Origin: Felis catus
Taxonomy: Eukaryota
Reading direction: 5' to 3'
Length of the DNA stretch: 64,000 nt
NCBI RefSeq assembly: GCF_018350175.1
Contig: NC_058368.1
Coordinates: forward strand, 95,482,001-95,546,000
The notes beneath the pieces were generated by a model, which saw only the letters and a program-made list of their open reading frames with translations, searched no databases and was not told where the DNA came from. A program made the translations under genes and the position numbers. Positions 51,418 through 63,530 of this stretch are shown one piece after another. Within the stretch, counting starts at the first letter, position 1. Each line of letters begins with the position of its first letter.

Positions 51418-51610
51418 TTTTTTTTTTTTTAACTTTATTTTCAGAGAGAGGCAGGGGAGGGGCAGAGAGAGAAGGTGAGAGAGAAACTCAAGCAAGCTCT
51501 GTGCTGTAAATGCAGAGCTCAATGTGGGGCTTGATCTCAGGAACTGCAAGATGATAACCTGAGCTGATATCTAGAATCAGATGCTTAACCAATTGAGCCC
51601 CCATGTGCCC
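51418..51610 (-). mobile_element. Can-SINE
   Basis: Diverged SINE body. Confidence 0.9.
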
Positions 51611-51668
51611 TGGAAATACCACCCTAATTATGCCAAATCAATAACATATTATTTTCTATAGAAGTGTT

Positions 51669-51862
51669 CTTTTTTTTTCCATTTATTTATTTTTGAGGGA
51701 CAGAGTGAGAGTGGGGGAGGGGCAGAGAGAGGGAGACACAGAATCTGAAACGGGCTCTGGGCTGTCAACACAGAACCTGATGCGGGGCCGAACCCACAAA
51801 CCGTGAGATCATGACCTGAGCCGAAGTTGGACGCTTAACTGACTGAGCCACCTAGGCGCCCC
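51669..51862 (-). mobile_element. Can-SINE
   Basis: TSD tct(a/g)tagaagtgttct. Confidence 0.95.
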
Positions 51863-53897
51863 ATCTGTAGAAGTGTTCTAAAAGGAATGCATTGTTGTAG
51901 TTTCAATCCAGGCACTAGTTGTATAAGGGTGGAAAACCCCATTTAATTACGTCGATGGTACTTAAGGTCATGTAACCTTGTTAGAAAACTTACTTGACTT
52001 TCTTTAGACAAAGTGGAAATTCAATTGGCTTTAGCTTGGTAAAAACCCCCCTCATCTTCTCATTATACTTGTTGGTGCATGAGTAGGTACACAGCATCAG
52101 ATAGCACACTGACAACTTGGAGGCCCATGTGTGAATGTCTGTTAGCACAACTCGTGGCGGTTAGACCAGATGTTGGTGAAATCAGGGCGTTTTTTCTAAG
52201 TGTGAAGTCGCCCCCATTTCTGAACAGAAAAGACTTACCAACTCAAAACTAGAAAGCTGTGCATGAGAAAGAGATCTAGATTCAAACTCATTAAGACAGA
52301 GATGGGTAATAAGATACCTTAAAATAACCAATGAGGAAAGTTCCTTGTGAATGATAAAGCTCCTAGATTTATATGTGAGTAAAATTTATCTCCTTGGAAA
52401 CTTTTTCCCCCCAGTGGGGAAAATGAGAGCTAAATTTCCAAAAGTGGCCGAGAATTTCAATTACTAGAGCCAGCTGAAGAATTACGACACATACCTCTAG
52501 GATGTGAATTAAATAAATCATGTTCTTCAGTGACTGATTTCTACTTAATTTTCTGCTAGAAGTAGATAGTCCTGAGATTTGGCTGCCTCTCTTGCTGGTG
52601 ATGTCCAGTGTCCCTGCATTAAGTGAGGGTTATCAGTCACGACATTATTCTAAGCCACGGACACATTGCAAAGCAATGGATCACCAAAGGTAACATGATG
52701 TATGGTGACTATCAAAATCTGCATCAAAGTTTGCTTGGACGGTGAGGATTCACGGTTGCAAAATATAAACTGTGGATAATAAATTTGTAAGTTGAGGAAG
52801 TTTCCTTCTCATGCTGTGGGAAAAGGGTATTTGCAACATTTAAAAAATGAGTGTATGCCGGTGTTCTGAAACGAGGGGATAAATCAGAAATCTTTTATTT
52901 ATTCATAAAACAAAGAGCTTTTTTATCTTGCATTGCCTGTGACCTTAACCTCTCATAAACTGAGCATAATCCCCCTACCCCCACTCCTGCCAGTCAGCCT
53001 TTTCTTCTGCCAAGGAGAAAAGCTGTTGCCAAATTACCCTGATTGTCCTGAATAGTTGACAAATAATAATGGGAATGCTTTGAACTCAAGAAACACCTTT
53101 CATCCACAAAGCGCAAAACACTTCAAAAAGAAAATAACCTCACACGTTCAGCATAATCACCGGCCCCCTTCTCGATGGGCGTGGGGGTGGGGTGAAGGGG
53201 AACAATTATGTGTTCTTCACGTTCAGAAAGAGAAATTAATACTCACCAAAGGAAATCTTCTTAGGTAAGAAAGGGTTGAAAATACTGAGCGTAACTCAAC
53301 AGGATCTAAAACTTACTGAACTCAATGATGAGCCAGTGGTTGAACGTGGATTTGAGGGAAATGGGGGCCCACCACGGCTAGGAAGGAGGGCAAAGCAAGA
53401 GGCCAGGACAACTGTCAGAGTTGCCCAAATGCTTCACTGAATTGTGTGTGGGGCCATGTCACTCGCTTCATCTTGGTGACAACGATTGTACTGGTAGAGA
53501 GCAACACTTCTGCCTGGGGTAACATTGCTGCCCGGCCTGAGATATGTTGCTTGTGTGTACGTGTGTATGTATGTGTTGGGGTGGGGGTGGGGCAGATAGT
53601 TTAGTTGGCTCCAAACTGTAAGGCAATACTGGCATCTAGCAGGCATTGGCCATCGATCATGAGATCCATGATTTTAACTGAGCTTGATACGGCTCCAGAG
53701 GCAATCAGTCCTCTCCATGGTGGGATTTTCCATCTCATCTCAGTAACTCCCAACTGAGTTCTGCACCTGGTCTATTCGGAGACAGAGCAGATTTACATAT
53801 TGAGCAATGGGAAGAGAACCCCAGTCTCTTTTCCCAGGTCATGGTTCAAAAAACTATGATTTAAATACTGATGGTGAAGAGGTTGGGCACTGTGAAG

Positions 53898-54119
53898 ATT
53901 TTTTTTTACAAATATTTTTAATGTTTATTTTGGAGTGAGAGAGAGAGAGTGCTCCAGGGGAGGGGCAGAGAGAGAGAGAGGGAGACAAAGAATCCAGAGC
54001 AGGCTCCAGGCTCTGAGCTGTCAGCACAGAGTCTGACATGGGGCTTGAGCCCACAAAATGTGAGATCGTGACCTGAGCTGAAGTCAGATGCCTAACCAAC
54101 TGAGCCACCCAGGTGCCCC
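53898..54119 (-). mobile_element. Can-SINE
   Basis: Full body; flanked by ctgtga. Confidence 0.94.
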
Positions 54120-54334
54120 TGTGATGTTTTATGATAATTAAATGTTAAGACACATGACATACTTAGTCTTTGTTTAAATAGAAGTATAGAAAGCTTCTCT
54201 GTTTCTTACTCAGTATGCATTCCAATACTTGGACCTTTTTAATTCTAATAGAACCTCATTTTTTTTTTTAGGTATTAACCCTTTTCCAGTCAACCCTTTT
54301 GATGGGAGGGCGTGGCGGGGGGGAGGGGAATGCT

Positions 54335-54696
54335 AAGTCCAAGTCTGATGGCAGGGGTGGCTTCTGATTGGTTTAATCCTGGTGATCTCCAGCTCCCCTA
54401 TCAACAATGGACTCAGGAGCCCAAGTGAGAGCTAATCAGCTAATTAGAACTCTTCTTAGGGAGGTCATGGATATTGGTGTAAATTGGTCTGATCAATGTG
54501 AAGGAAAGAACTTGAATAGCACAACTGTGGAACTCTCGTCTCTCCCACTGGACACTGCTCTGGTGGCTGCTAGCCTCAATCAAAATCACACAATCAAAAA
54601 CGGACCTAGCTGATCCTGTTAAAGGCAGATCAGAAAGAGGAAGACAATCTGGGTTGTTGATAACATCACTGATCGATTAAATGAACAAAGATGGGG

Positions 54697-54745
<49 letters not shown>

Positions 54746-54800
54746 ACGCACGCATGTGTGAAGTAATTACTGGTTAAAATCACTTTGAGTCAATTTACTG
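54335..54800 (+). mobile_element. MLT1-like LTR containing (GT)n
   Basis: ctgattggtttaa...gctaatcag...ttaaaatcactttgagt. Confidence 0.5.
54700..54760. repeat. (GT)n plus mixed alternating purine-pyrimidine tract
   Basis: About 21 GT units followed by gcgcacgcacgcatgtgtg. Confidence 0.95.
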
Positions 54801-55699
54801 AATGAAAGATTTATTCACTTTCTCTCCTCTTCATATGGATGCCTGACTCTAGTATTATTCGGTGGATTGTACACCATTACGTGGGATTTGGAGACTAACC
54901 ATCTTAAGAGCATGTATGTACAGCTTTCTGTAGAATATATATGTATTTATGTGCAAATATACAATATATTGAAATATACATACAGTCTTACATATGTATT
55001 ACTATACATATGGCAGTTAATTACACTTACACATAGATTTTTGTATATGTAGATCCCCTATTAACCAATATTTTATACTTTTCATTTTTTATAATAGACG
55101 CACTCTGTTCTTTGTCCTGTAAAACACTCACCATCTCTTTGGTGATAAATAGTGCATTCTGAAATAGACTATTTCCATCAGGCATCCTGACAATTAGGTC
55201 AGTTTTCAGAAGGCAGTAATGTTGGTGCAGATTCTATCTCAGGACATATGAATGAGACAGAGTAGATGATAAATTTTGAGATGAACTCTGATATGCAAGT
55301 AGAAGGTGATCAAAAGTGAAGGGGAAGAAAAGCAGTGTGTTCAAGATTCAGTGTGTGGTTATTTATTTATATTTATATTAATTAATTAATGAATTTAGTG
55401 ACTTTCTCTGGGCTTCAGCCCCCTGTCTGAATTATATGTTACTGTGAGTTCACCCTGAATGTCTCACCTTCCCTCATCCTAAAAGAGCATTTCCTTCTTT
55501 CATTTTTTATTTTATTTTAAACAACATTCTTGGGTTTAATGATATCAATCTACGACACCACATGACCATGGGCAATATTCTTCCTTTTTTTTTTTAACAT
55601 ATGCAGTTAATTTTAGTAAGCAAGAACACAAAACAAAAACTGACCATCCCTGCATCCTCTACCGCCCCATTCTTTTTTTATGTGTGTGCATTCTGATTT

Positions 55700-56193
55700 A
55701 TTTAGTTATTTTTAAATTTACATCCAAGCTAGTTAGCATATAGTGCAATAATGATTTCAGGACTAGAGTCTGGTGATTGATCCCCTACGTATAACACCCA
55801 GTGCTCGTCCCAACAAGTGTCTACCTTAGTGCCCCTTGCCCATTTAGCCCATCCCTCCACCCACAACTCCTCCAGCAACTCTCAGTTTTCTATATTTAAG
55901 AGTCTCTTATGTTTTGTTCCCCTCCCTGTTGTTACATTATTTTTGTTTCCCTTCCCTTTGGTTCATTTGTTTCGTATCTTAAATTCCACATGTGAGTGAA
56001 GTCCTGTGATACTTGTCTTTCTCCAATGAATGTCTCTTAGCGTGATAAACTCTAGTTCCATCCATGTTGCAAATGGCAAGATTTCATTCTTTCTGATTGC
56101 TGAGTCATACTCCATTGTAACATATACCACATCATCTTTATCCATTTATCTGTCAATGGATATTTGCGCTCTTTCTCTACTTTGGCTATTGTC
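55700..56193 (-). mobile_element. Carnivore/felid L1 3' end
   Basis: tataacacccagtgctcgtcccaacaag; ORF 55963-56145 (TMEYDSAIRKNEILPFATWMELE) is an ORF2p C-terminal remnant. Confidence 0.92.
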
Positions 56194-56843
56194 GAAAGCA
56201 CAAGGAGCAGAGGATTTGTAAGAAAACCAAAAATGCCTTTCACTTTTCCCGTGAGGTTCAAGGCAGTAAATTTATTCTGAAGATCTTGTTGGATAATTTA
56301 GGGCTTTTGAAAATGGTGCACAATACACCTTCAAAAAAATAGTAACTGGTGTTTGTATTTCAAACTATACTTTCAAAGAAGTAGTGTAAGTAAAACTATG
56401 AATTAGCTCTTCTGGCCAAAAAGCTCTTTAATATTTGTCAGAAGTAGAAGGTTTGCAAAGCCCATGATACCCTAAGCTGGGGAGTTCCAATGTCTGCTTG
56501 AAAAGGACTGTAGTAGGGAAAAGTTAAATTCAGTCAATGAATCCCGGAAAATAAGAACCTGGAATCGTGTAGTAAGTCTTGAATGAAGAGTTTATATAGG
56601 TACTCAATAACCCCCATGAAGAAAACGGGTTTGTTGTCAGATGAATAAGGATGGTGTAGTACATGCCTATGGCATTGGTGGACATCATGTCCATGCACCA
56701 AGGAGGTACATCTTGATTTTATGCCAACTAATGACCTCAGAAAACATTTTTTTTTTTTTTACTCTACGTGGAAAGCCTAAAGAGTTGACTGACTTCTTTG
56801 GCTTCTTCATGCTGCCCTGTGCAATGCTTTATTCTTCATTTCT

Positions 56844-57148
56844 TTCTTTCTTTTTCTTTTCTTTTCTTTTCTTTTCTTTTTCCTTCCTTCCTTCCTTCCT
56901 TCCTTCCTTCCTTCCTTCCTTCCTTCCTTCCTTCCTTCCTTCCTTCCTTCCTTCCTTCTTTTTGGGACAGAGAGAGACAGAGCATGAATGGGGGAGGGGC
57001 AGAGAGAGAGGGAGACACAGAATCGGAAACAGGCTCCAGGCTCTGAGCCATCAGCCCAGAGCCTGACGCGGGGTTCGAACTCACGGACCGCGAGATTGTG
57101 ACCTGGCTGAAGTCGGACGCTTAACCGACTGCGCCACCCAGGCGCCCC
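56844..57148 (-). mobile_element. Young CpG-rich Can-SINE with (GGAA)n/(GAAA)n tail
   Basis: Head ggggcgcctgggtggcgcagtcggttaagcg; perfect TSD ttcttcatttct at 56832-56843 and 57151-57162. Confidence 0.96.
56880..56958. repeat. (TTCC)n microsatellite
   Basis: About 19-20 perfect units. Confidence 0.96.
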
Positions 57149-57629
57149 TCTTCTTCATTTCTGCCTGCATATACATGGTGGCAGAACCAAAATTTGATAC
57201 AGCATTTGCCTGCAAGGCGGACAGTCACATGGAAATGTAACTGGAGGAAAGTAAGTACCTACTCGTGCAAGAGTCCAAATTGTTTGCTCGTATATTCTGG
57301 AACACCATTGGAAACATTGCCTCCATAGAAGATGCCCCACACAGCAGCATCCTTGAGCCACTTGTTAAGATAAAAAAACAAAGGCTGTTACCTGAAATCT
57401 TAATCTTGTACGCAACAGAATTCTCTTCATGGATTTCCCTTCTTAAGCCAACCACTGGCAGGATTGCAGAGACTGGTTTACAGAAACAAGTTTGCCCTCT
57501 ACCTGCAACTAGGAATGGGGGTCAGCCTTTTTGTGTCCTATGACTGTGCAGTTTTCAGTGCCGGACCCAGACGGGGCTGCTGACACTTGGATAGCAACCA
57601 ACAGGTGCTTCTGAGAACACCCTCAGGTA

Positions 57630-58235
57630 CAGTCAGTTCTGTTTATGTCAGCATACTTTACATTTTAAGCAAAGCAATACCTGACCTCAACTGGCTTAAT
57701 CAATCAAAGAATTGTATTGGCTCACTAACTGAAAGGCCCAGATCTACCCTGCTCTTCGGCATCGTTACAGGCGAGAGGTTTAGGAGATGACCATGGTTTC
57801 AGCCCTGGTTGTCTGGGACCTTCAGCCCTCAGCTCACTTCGGTAGGTACACGTCCTCTTTGTCTTCAGGCTGGCTCCTTGGGAGCAACATTGAATGCCAT
57901 AGTTTCAATTTTATATTCTTAGGCCATGCTGTCTACAGGAAGAGAGGGCTTCCGTCTGGCCATTAGAGAAGAGAAAGGAAGTTTAGATCGCTGAAACTCT
58001 AGAAAATGTCTCATCGTGACGTTTTAGCTTTAACTGAAGTTTATACCCATTCTTAGGCCAATAGCAGTGGCTAGGGATGGAATGTGCTGATTGGCCTAAG
58101 TATCAGGGGCCCCACCCCTGGAGTTCACACAGGGTCTGTCCCATCTATAACTCAGTGCAGAGAATGGGGTTGGGTTGTTCCTCATTGAAAAGAAGAAGAA
58201 AATGGATGACAAAACAACCAGAAAAGGTTCAATAT
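57630..58235 (-). mobile_element. MLT1K-like LTR
   Basis: ctcaactggcttaa...tattggctcactaactgaaa...gccaatagcagtggctagggatggaatgtgctgattggcc. Confidence 0.7.
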
Positions 58236-58395
58236 GCAATTAAACTGCAGGTGGGGAAATTGAAGTACGTAGACATCAAATGTCTTGTGCATTGATTACA
58301 GATATTCCCCCAATGCAGGACTTTGAACTTGGACGGAAATGTTCCTTTCACTATACTACAATTTCTCTCTTTCCTTCATATTACATCTTAAAAAA

Positions 58396-58611
58396 ATTTT
58401 TTTTAATTGTGTTTGTTTATTTTGAGAGAGAGAGACCAACAGAGTGTGAGTGGAAGAGGGGCAGAGAGAGAGGGAGACAAAGAATCTGGAGCAGGCTCCA
58501 GGTTCTGAGCTGTCAGCACAGAGCCCGATGCGGGGCTCGAACTCATGAACGGTGAGATCATGACCTGAGCCGAAGTCAGACTCTTAATGGACTGAGCCAC
58601 CCAGCTGCCCC
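58396..58611 (-). mobile_element. Can-SINE
   Basis: Full body. Confidence 0.94.
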
Positions 58612-59217
58612 AATATTATCTCTTTTTATAGTTTATTTATTATACTTTCTAACATTCCTATGGGGGTTCATTCCTGTATTTGAATGTTACGTATATTTTC
58701 CTGGAGCTGAGTTTGGTTGACCATAAATTGAGTTTTCCAAATGTAAACATTATTTCAAATCTGCCTTGTGCAGAAAGAGCTTGTGGCATTCACTCCATTT
58801 GTGGTATATTAGGAAATGTAGTAAATCTTAATCCTTAATAGGCCAGGAGAAACTGATAATTTGGCTTTTCCTATTGTAATAAACCCTTTCAAAACTCCTG
58901 AGTATTCCGGATCAGGGGATATATATCTTATTATCTTATATTCATAAATGTCTTGATGAATTCAGCTAAACTTAGTACTTTCGAATTAATCATTATATAT
59001 TGGTTTATAAAATGATTATCATAATTTACAATCTGTTTGATATTTATTCTCCATTGTAGCTCTGAGGTATATTCTGTTGCTTGGCAGCTTGATGTGCATA
59101 GAAAGACATTAAAGGTGAAGAAAATCTCTCTTGATTTATTTCTTTCATCTCAACTATTTGCTTGGAAAACAATGGTTAAATAGCTCATGAGGACTTGGGT
59201 CAAACTGTTGTCATTAA

Positions 59218-59305
59218 TTTTAATTTTTTTTTTTTTTTTGTGAGAGAGAGAGAGAGGCAGAGAGAAAGGGAGAGAAAGACTACCAAGCAGGCTCTCTTCA
59301 GTGGA
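59218..59305 (-). mobile_element. Can-SINE 3' fragment
   Basis: T tract, GA-rich region, ccaagcaggctc; head missing. Confidence 0.75.
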
Positions 59306-59619
59306 ACATGGATTTTTGGGTCGGAGTTTGTCCCAACATACTTTGAAGCCATAGGCAAGTGGGTCACGTATCAAATGAGATTGTAGCAAGGGACTATTGG
59401 TTGTCAGATAGTTTGCATACCACAAACAAAATCTGATATGGAAGCCATTGCATAAACAGAAAAAAGCAGAAGCATTCTAGTTGACCCCGTGAAAGGCTCA
59501 AAACTCAGTCGGCACTCTTGCCTCTTTCTGTCTGCCTCTTTCCCCTCACTTGGTCACTGAAGAACTTTGGCAGAACCCCAGGACTCGACAGAAGGTATTT
59601 AGAAACCCCCCGAAATAGA

Positions 59620-60800
59620 GGATTCATTTAGGAAATACTCATTGAGTATCTAGGAGATAGCAATCACTGGGCATTCTGTTATGGGAACATAAAAAGTCAT
59701 TGCTCTCCTGAAGTTTACGTCCCGGTAGGGAGACAGAAAAAGGCAAATAAATAATTAAGCAAGATGATTCTGGGAACTGATGAAGGTAGGAAGACATGAA
59801 GAGAGAGCTGTGAAAGCTTTTGGTATACCTCAGATCTCCCTATCCAGTGAGGGTAGACAAGTAGTGTCACTAAGTTGACTTTTTCTTTAATGTTTATTTT
59901 TAGGAGAGAGAGAGAGAGAGAGTGCGCCAGCAGGGGGGCGCAGAGAGAGACACACACACAATCCGAAGCAGGCTCCAGGCTCTGAGTTGTCAGCACAGAG
60001 TCCAATGCGGGGCTCGAACTCATGAACCCAACCGTGAGATCATGACCTGAGCCGAAATTGGACGCTTAACCAACTGAGCCACCCAGGCACCCTGCTAAGT
60101 TGACTTTTAAACTGGGTCCTGAAAGATGTAGGTGGAGGAACCACTTTTTATAGAAACAGATGTTGCTAGAAGGTCAGTGAGGGGGAAGGTGAGATTACAG
60201 AGGAAACGCAGGGACCCCGCCGGCTGGAGCCTTGGTGCCACCAAGTTCGAACTCAATCATGGAAACAAGTGGAATTGTGCTTGATGACTTCAAGCTGGGA
60301 TTGGCAAGATTCCATATGCATTAGCATCGTTCCTGTAGCTGCTGAGAGAGGACAGAAGCACGGAGGCCAGTTAAAAGGGTTTTCCTGGAGTCCAGGGAGA
60401 ATATGACAGTGTAGATGCAAAGAAGTTGGGGGCTGGGGGAAAGGAGTTCCTTTGTGGATGAATGCAACAGGACTTACTGATGGAGTAAATATGTGGGGTA
60501 AGGGACAGGGGTCAAGGAGGAAGTGTAGTTTTGTAGTTGAGCCCCTGGATACATGGGATGATGTTCCTGAAATGACAGGGGTTGGAAGGCAAAGAGGTCA
60601 GGGTGGTGGAAATCCAGAGTTTTGTTTAAGATACATGAGATTTGAGTCACCTTTTAGACTTCTAAACAGAGATGTCAGGCGGGCGATTTGATGTATAAAT
60701 CAGGGGAAAGGTCAGGGCAATATAAATTTGGGAGTCATTGACATAATGATATTTAAAGGAGCAACCTGGGGTGAGATCACCCGGTGGGGAGGGTGGGGAC
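59620..60800 (-). mobile_element. L2 fragments, interrupted by a SINE
   Basis: aaatactcattgagtatcta..., caggacttactgatggagtaaatatgtgggg, atttgggagtcattgacata. Confidence 0.7.
59880..60092 (-). mobile_element. Can-SINE
   Basis: TSD ctaagttgactttt. Confidence 0.95.
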
Positions 60801-61490
60801 CCATGGCACTCGAGCATTTAGAGCTCTCTAGGAAACTCCAGTCTCTCTTAGTTCTGAAAGGTCTAATTATGACATGTAGGCTCTTCCTTATGGCATTTGT
60901 TGGGCTATTTCCACTTGAAGCTTTCTGCTGCCGCTTCAGACTTTGTTTCTCTGTTCCTTAGTTCTTTCCCTGTTCCCTCTCAATTGGGAACGTGGGAAGG
61001 GTACTGCTTAGCAGACGACAGATCTGTGATGTGTGCTGTGATTGTCAGATGGAGTCTTCACCAGTTAGGGTCGTGTGGACTTCTTGTACTTGGTTAGGGG
61101 ACAGAAGGGCTTCCAACGGCTGGCTGTTGAGAGTTTCCAAGACTGTTGGATTTGAAGCCCACAGAGAACAAATCAGCATCTGAGACTCAGCAAGATTACT
61201 GGCCAAGCTTGAATGGCAGCCTAAACCCTATACATAATACACGTTTAGGTTTTGAAGCAAGAAGGGCTAGTCCTTTCTGAAAGTTCAATCCTTTGAATTG
61301 CGCCTCTATTTTTTTGTGCCAATTGACAGGTCCAGAGGGAAGTATGTCACCCTCCTTTGGGGGTATGGGAAACACAATGGGCAGACAGGCATTTATCTGT
61401 TGAAGGCAAGTGGGGGGGCGGTGGTTAATCCCTAATCTGCATAGGCTCATTGAGAGGTTGTCTAGGAGACATGATAATCTGTCAAGATTC

Positions 61491-61707
61491 TTTTTTTAAA
61501 ATTTTTTTTTAATGTTTATTTAATTTTTGACAGAGAGCATGAGCAGGGGAGGGGCAGAGAGAGAGAGGGAGACACAGAATCAGAAGCAGGGTCCAGGCTC
61601 CGAGCCATCAGCACAGAGCCTGACACAGGGCTCGAGCTCATGTACCATGAGATCATGATCTGAGCTGAAGTCGGACACTCAACCGACTGTGCCACCCAGG
61701 TGCCCCT
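61491..61707 (-). mobile_element. Can-SINE
   Basis: TSD tcaagattctt. Confidence 0.95.
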
Positions 61708-62037
61708 CAAGATTCTTAGTCCTGGCTTTCTGTCTGGTTCAATTAAAAGTAGTATCCTCAGCCTAAAGCCTCATAAATGGAAACCATCACTGTTGAAACA
61801 GGGAAAATCTGAAGATGGTGGCTGTAGTAAGGATTTTCAAAATGGTAACCCTAGCAAAGGAGTTGAGGGACTGGGTAACCGGCCATTTTACAGGTAGCAC
61901 ATATATCCAACACCACCTGTTCTATGTCTGTTTGGAAATCTAAAGACATTTCTGGCTGAAAATTAAAATGGCTAAAACTGGATTTGTAGTTCCTATCCCC
62001 TTTCCCAAGAACCTGTCCCTTCTGCAGATTTTAACTT

Positions 62038-62405
62038 TTCTTTTTTTCTTTTCTTTTCTTTTCCTTTCTTTTCCTTTCCTTTCCTTTCTTTTCTTTACCT
62101 TTCTTTCCTTTTCTTTTCCTGAAATTTATTGTCAAGTTGGTTTCCATACAACACCCAGTGCTCATCCCAAAAGGTGCCCTCCTCAATACCCATCACCTGC
62201 CTGCCCCTCCCTCCCACCCCCCATCAACCCTCAGTTTATTCTCAGTTTTTAAGAGTCTCTTATGGCTTCGCTCCCTCCCTCTCTAACTTTTTTCCCCCCT
62301 TCCCCTCCCCCATGGTCTTCTGTTAAGTTTCTCAGGAGCCACATAAGAGTGAAAACATATGGTATCTGTGACCCACAAAAGCATGGCCAACTAATCTTTG
62401 ACAAA
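62038..62405 (-). mobile_element. Young felid L1 with 5' inversion
   Basis: 3'UTR near-identical to 4280-4537; inverted ORF2 piece at 62370-62405; TSD gcagattttaactt at 62024-62037 and 62406-62419. Confidence 0.92.
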
Positions 62406-63354
62406 GCAGATTTTAACTTCTTGATGAATGATGCCGCTGTTCACCGAATTGCTGAGGCCCCAAACAGGATTTGCCTTGGTTTCTTCTGTTTCTCTCACCC
62501 ACCTATTCAATCAGTTAATAAGCAAATGGTGAGCGTTCTACCTGCCAGATTCAGTCTAAATCTGATAGCGTCTCCTCTCCTACATGGCTGTGAATCACAT
62601 CTCATCCAAGTCACATTTCCCGTGTACTAGTCACCCACTGTTGACCGTGCTGGTCAGCTATTACTACAACAAGGCTATGGCAACGCACCATTACCTATGC
62701 TCAGCTGGTATAGCAAAGATTTCTTCTTATGTCTACAGGTGGGCAGGTCAGCCTTTAGAACCTGTCAGTTCTGGTGGGTAATTGACAAGCACAGGGTACA
62801 TTTCTTTCATTTTTGCCAGTGGTAACTGATCTCCTGAGTGTCCCTGAATCTCTGTTGTTCAGACCTTCGGTTTGTTTGGGTGTGCTCTTTCCCATCCCTT
62901 TGTGGAAATTAGTTAAGACATGGCTGTGCATACTGTAAAATGAACGTTAGGCTTGGTGTGTGACCTAGCGCAAGAGGCACCCAGATAGCCGTGAGGTGAC
63001 AGGCTGTGTGCCTGGAAGGTGAGTCCCTTCTGCTGCTGCATGAGGGGGGAGCCTGAAGCTCCTGGGACCTCTCTTGTGGGGATTTTAAGATAAAGCTGAG
63101 GCTGGGAGGCAGGAGGAAGAGACAGAAAGAGCAGATTTCCGATGATAACATTTGTCCAAAACTTGCCTGAAACCAGCATTACTCCAGGAATCGGTGCTTA
63201 CAGGAGCCATATATGTATTAATTATTTAAGCCTGTGGGCACTGGTGTTGTCTCCAAAGGGGAAGAAGTTCTGACTCATGGGAGACCTTGGGTCCCAGCAC
63301 CATCTCCCCTGGATGGTGTGCCCTCTTTTTCCAGAGGTAAAGACACTTAAGAGC

Positions 63355-63530
63355 ACAAGGGAAACAAATACTCATGAAGTGCCTGGTGCCTTAGGAGCAT
63401 TCCACAGATCCTCTCATTGAATCCTGAAGCAATCCTCATGGGTAAGGATTGGGCAGGGGAAGTCGAGGTTGACGGCCATGGGGAGAGTCCCCAAACTTGA
63501 CTCTCATTCTGCTTCGATACAGGGTGGCCT
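63355..63530 (-). mobile_element. MIR
   Basis: ctcattgaatcctgaagcaatcctcatg...ggggaagtcgaggt. Confidence 0.55.

Noticed and set aside
56641..57084. ORFs with (PSFL)n / (EGRK)n repeats
   Set aside because: Translation of the (TTCC)n tail and SINE
240..61710. Recurrent ORFs like GAWVAQSV..TSAQVMISRF..SSPASGSVLTAQSLEPASDSVSPSL
   Set aside because: Translations of Can-SINE copies, not a gene family
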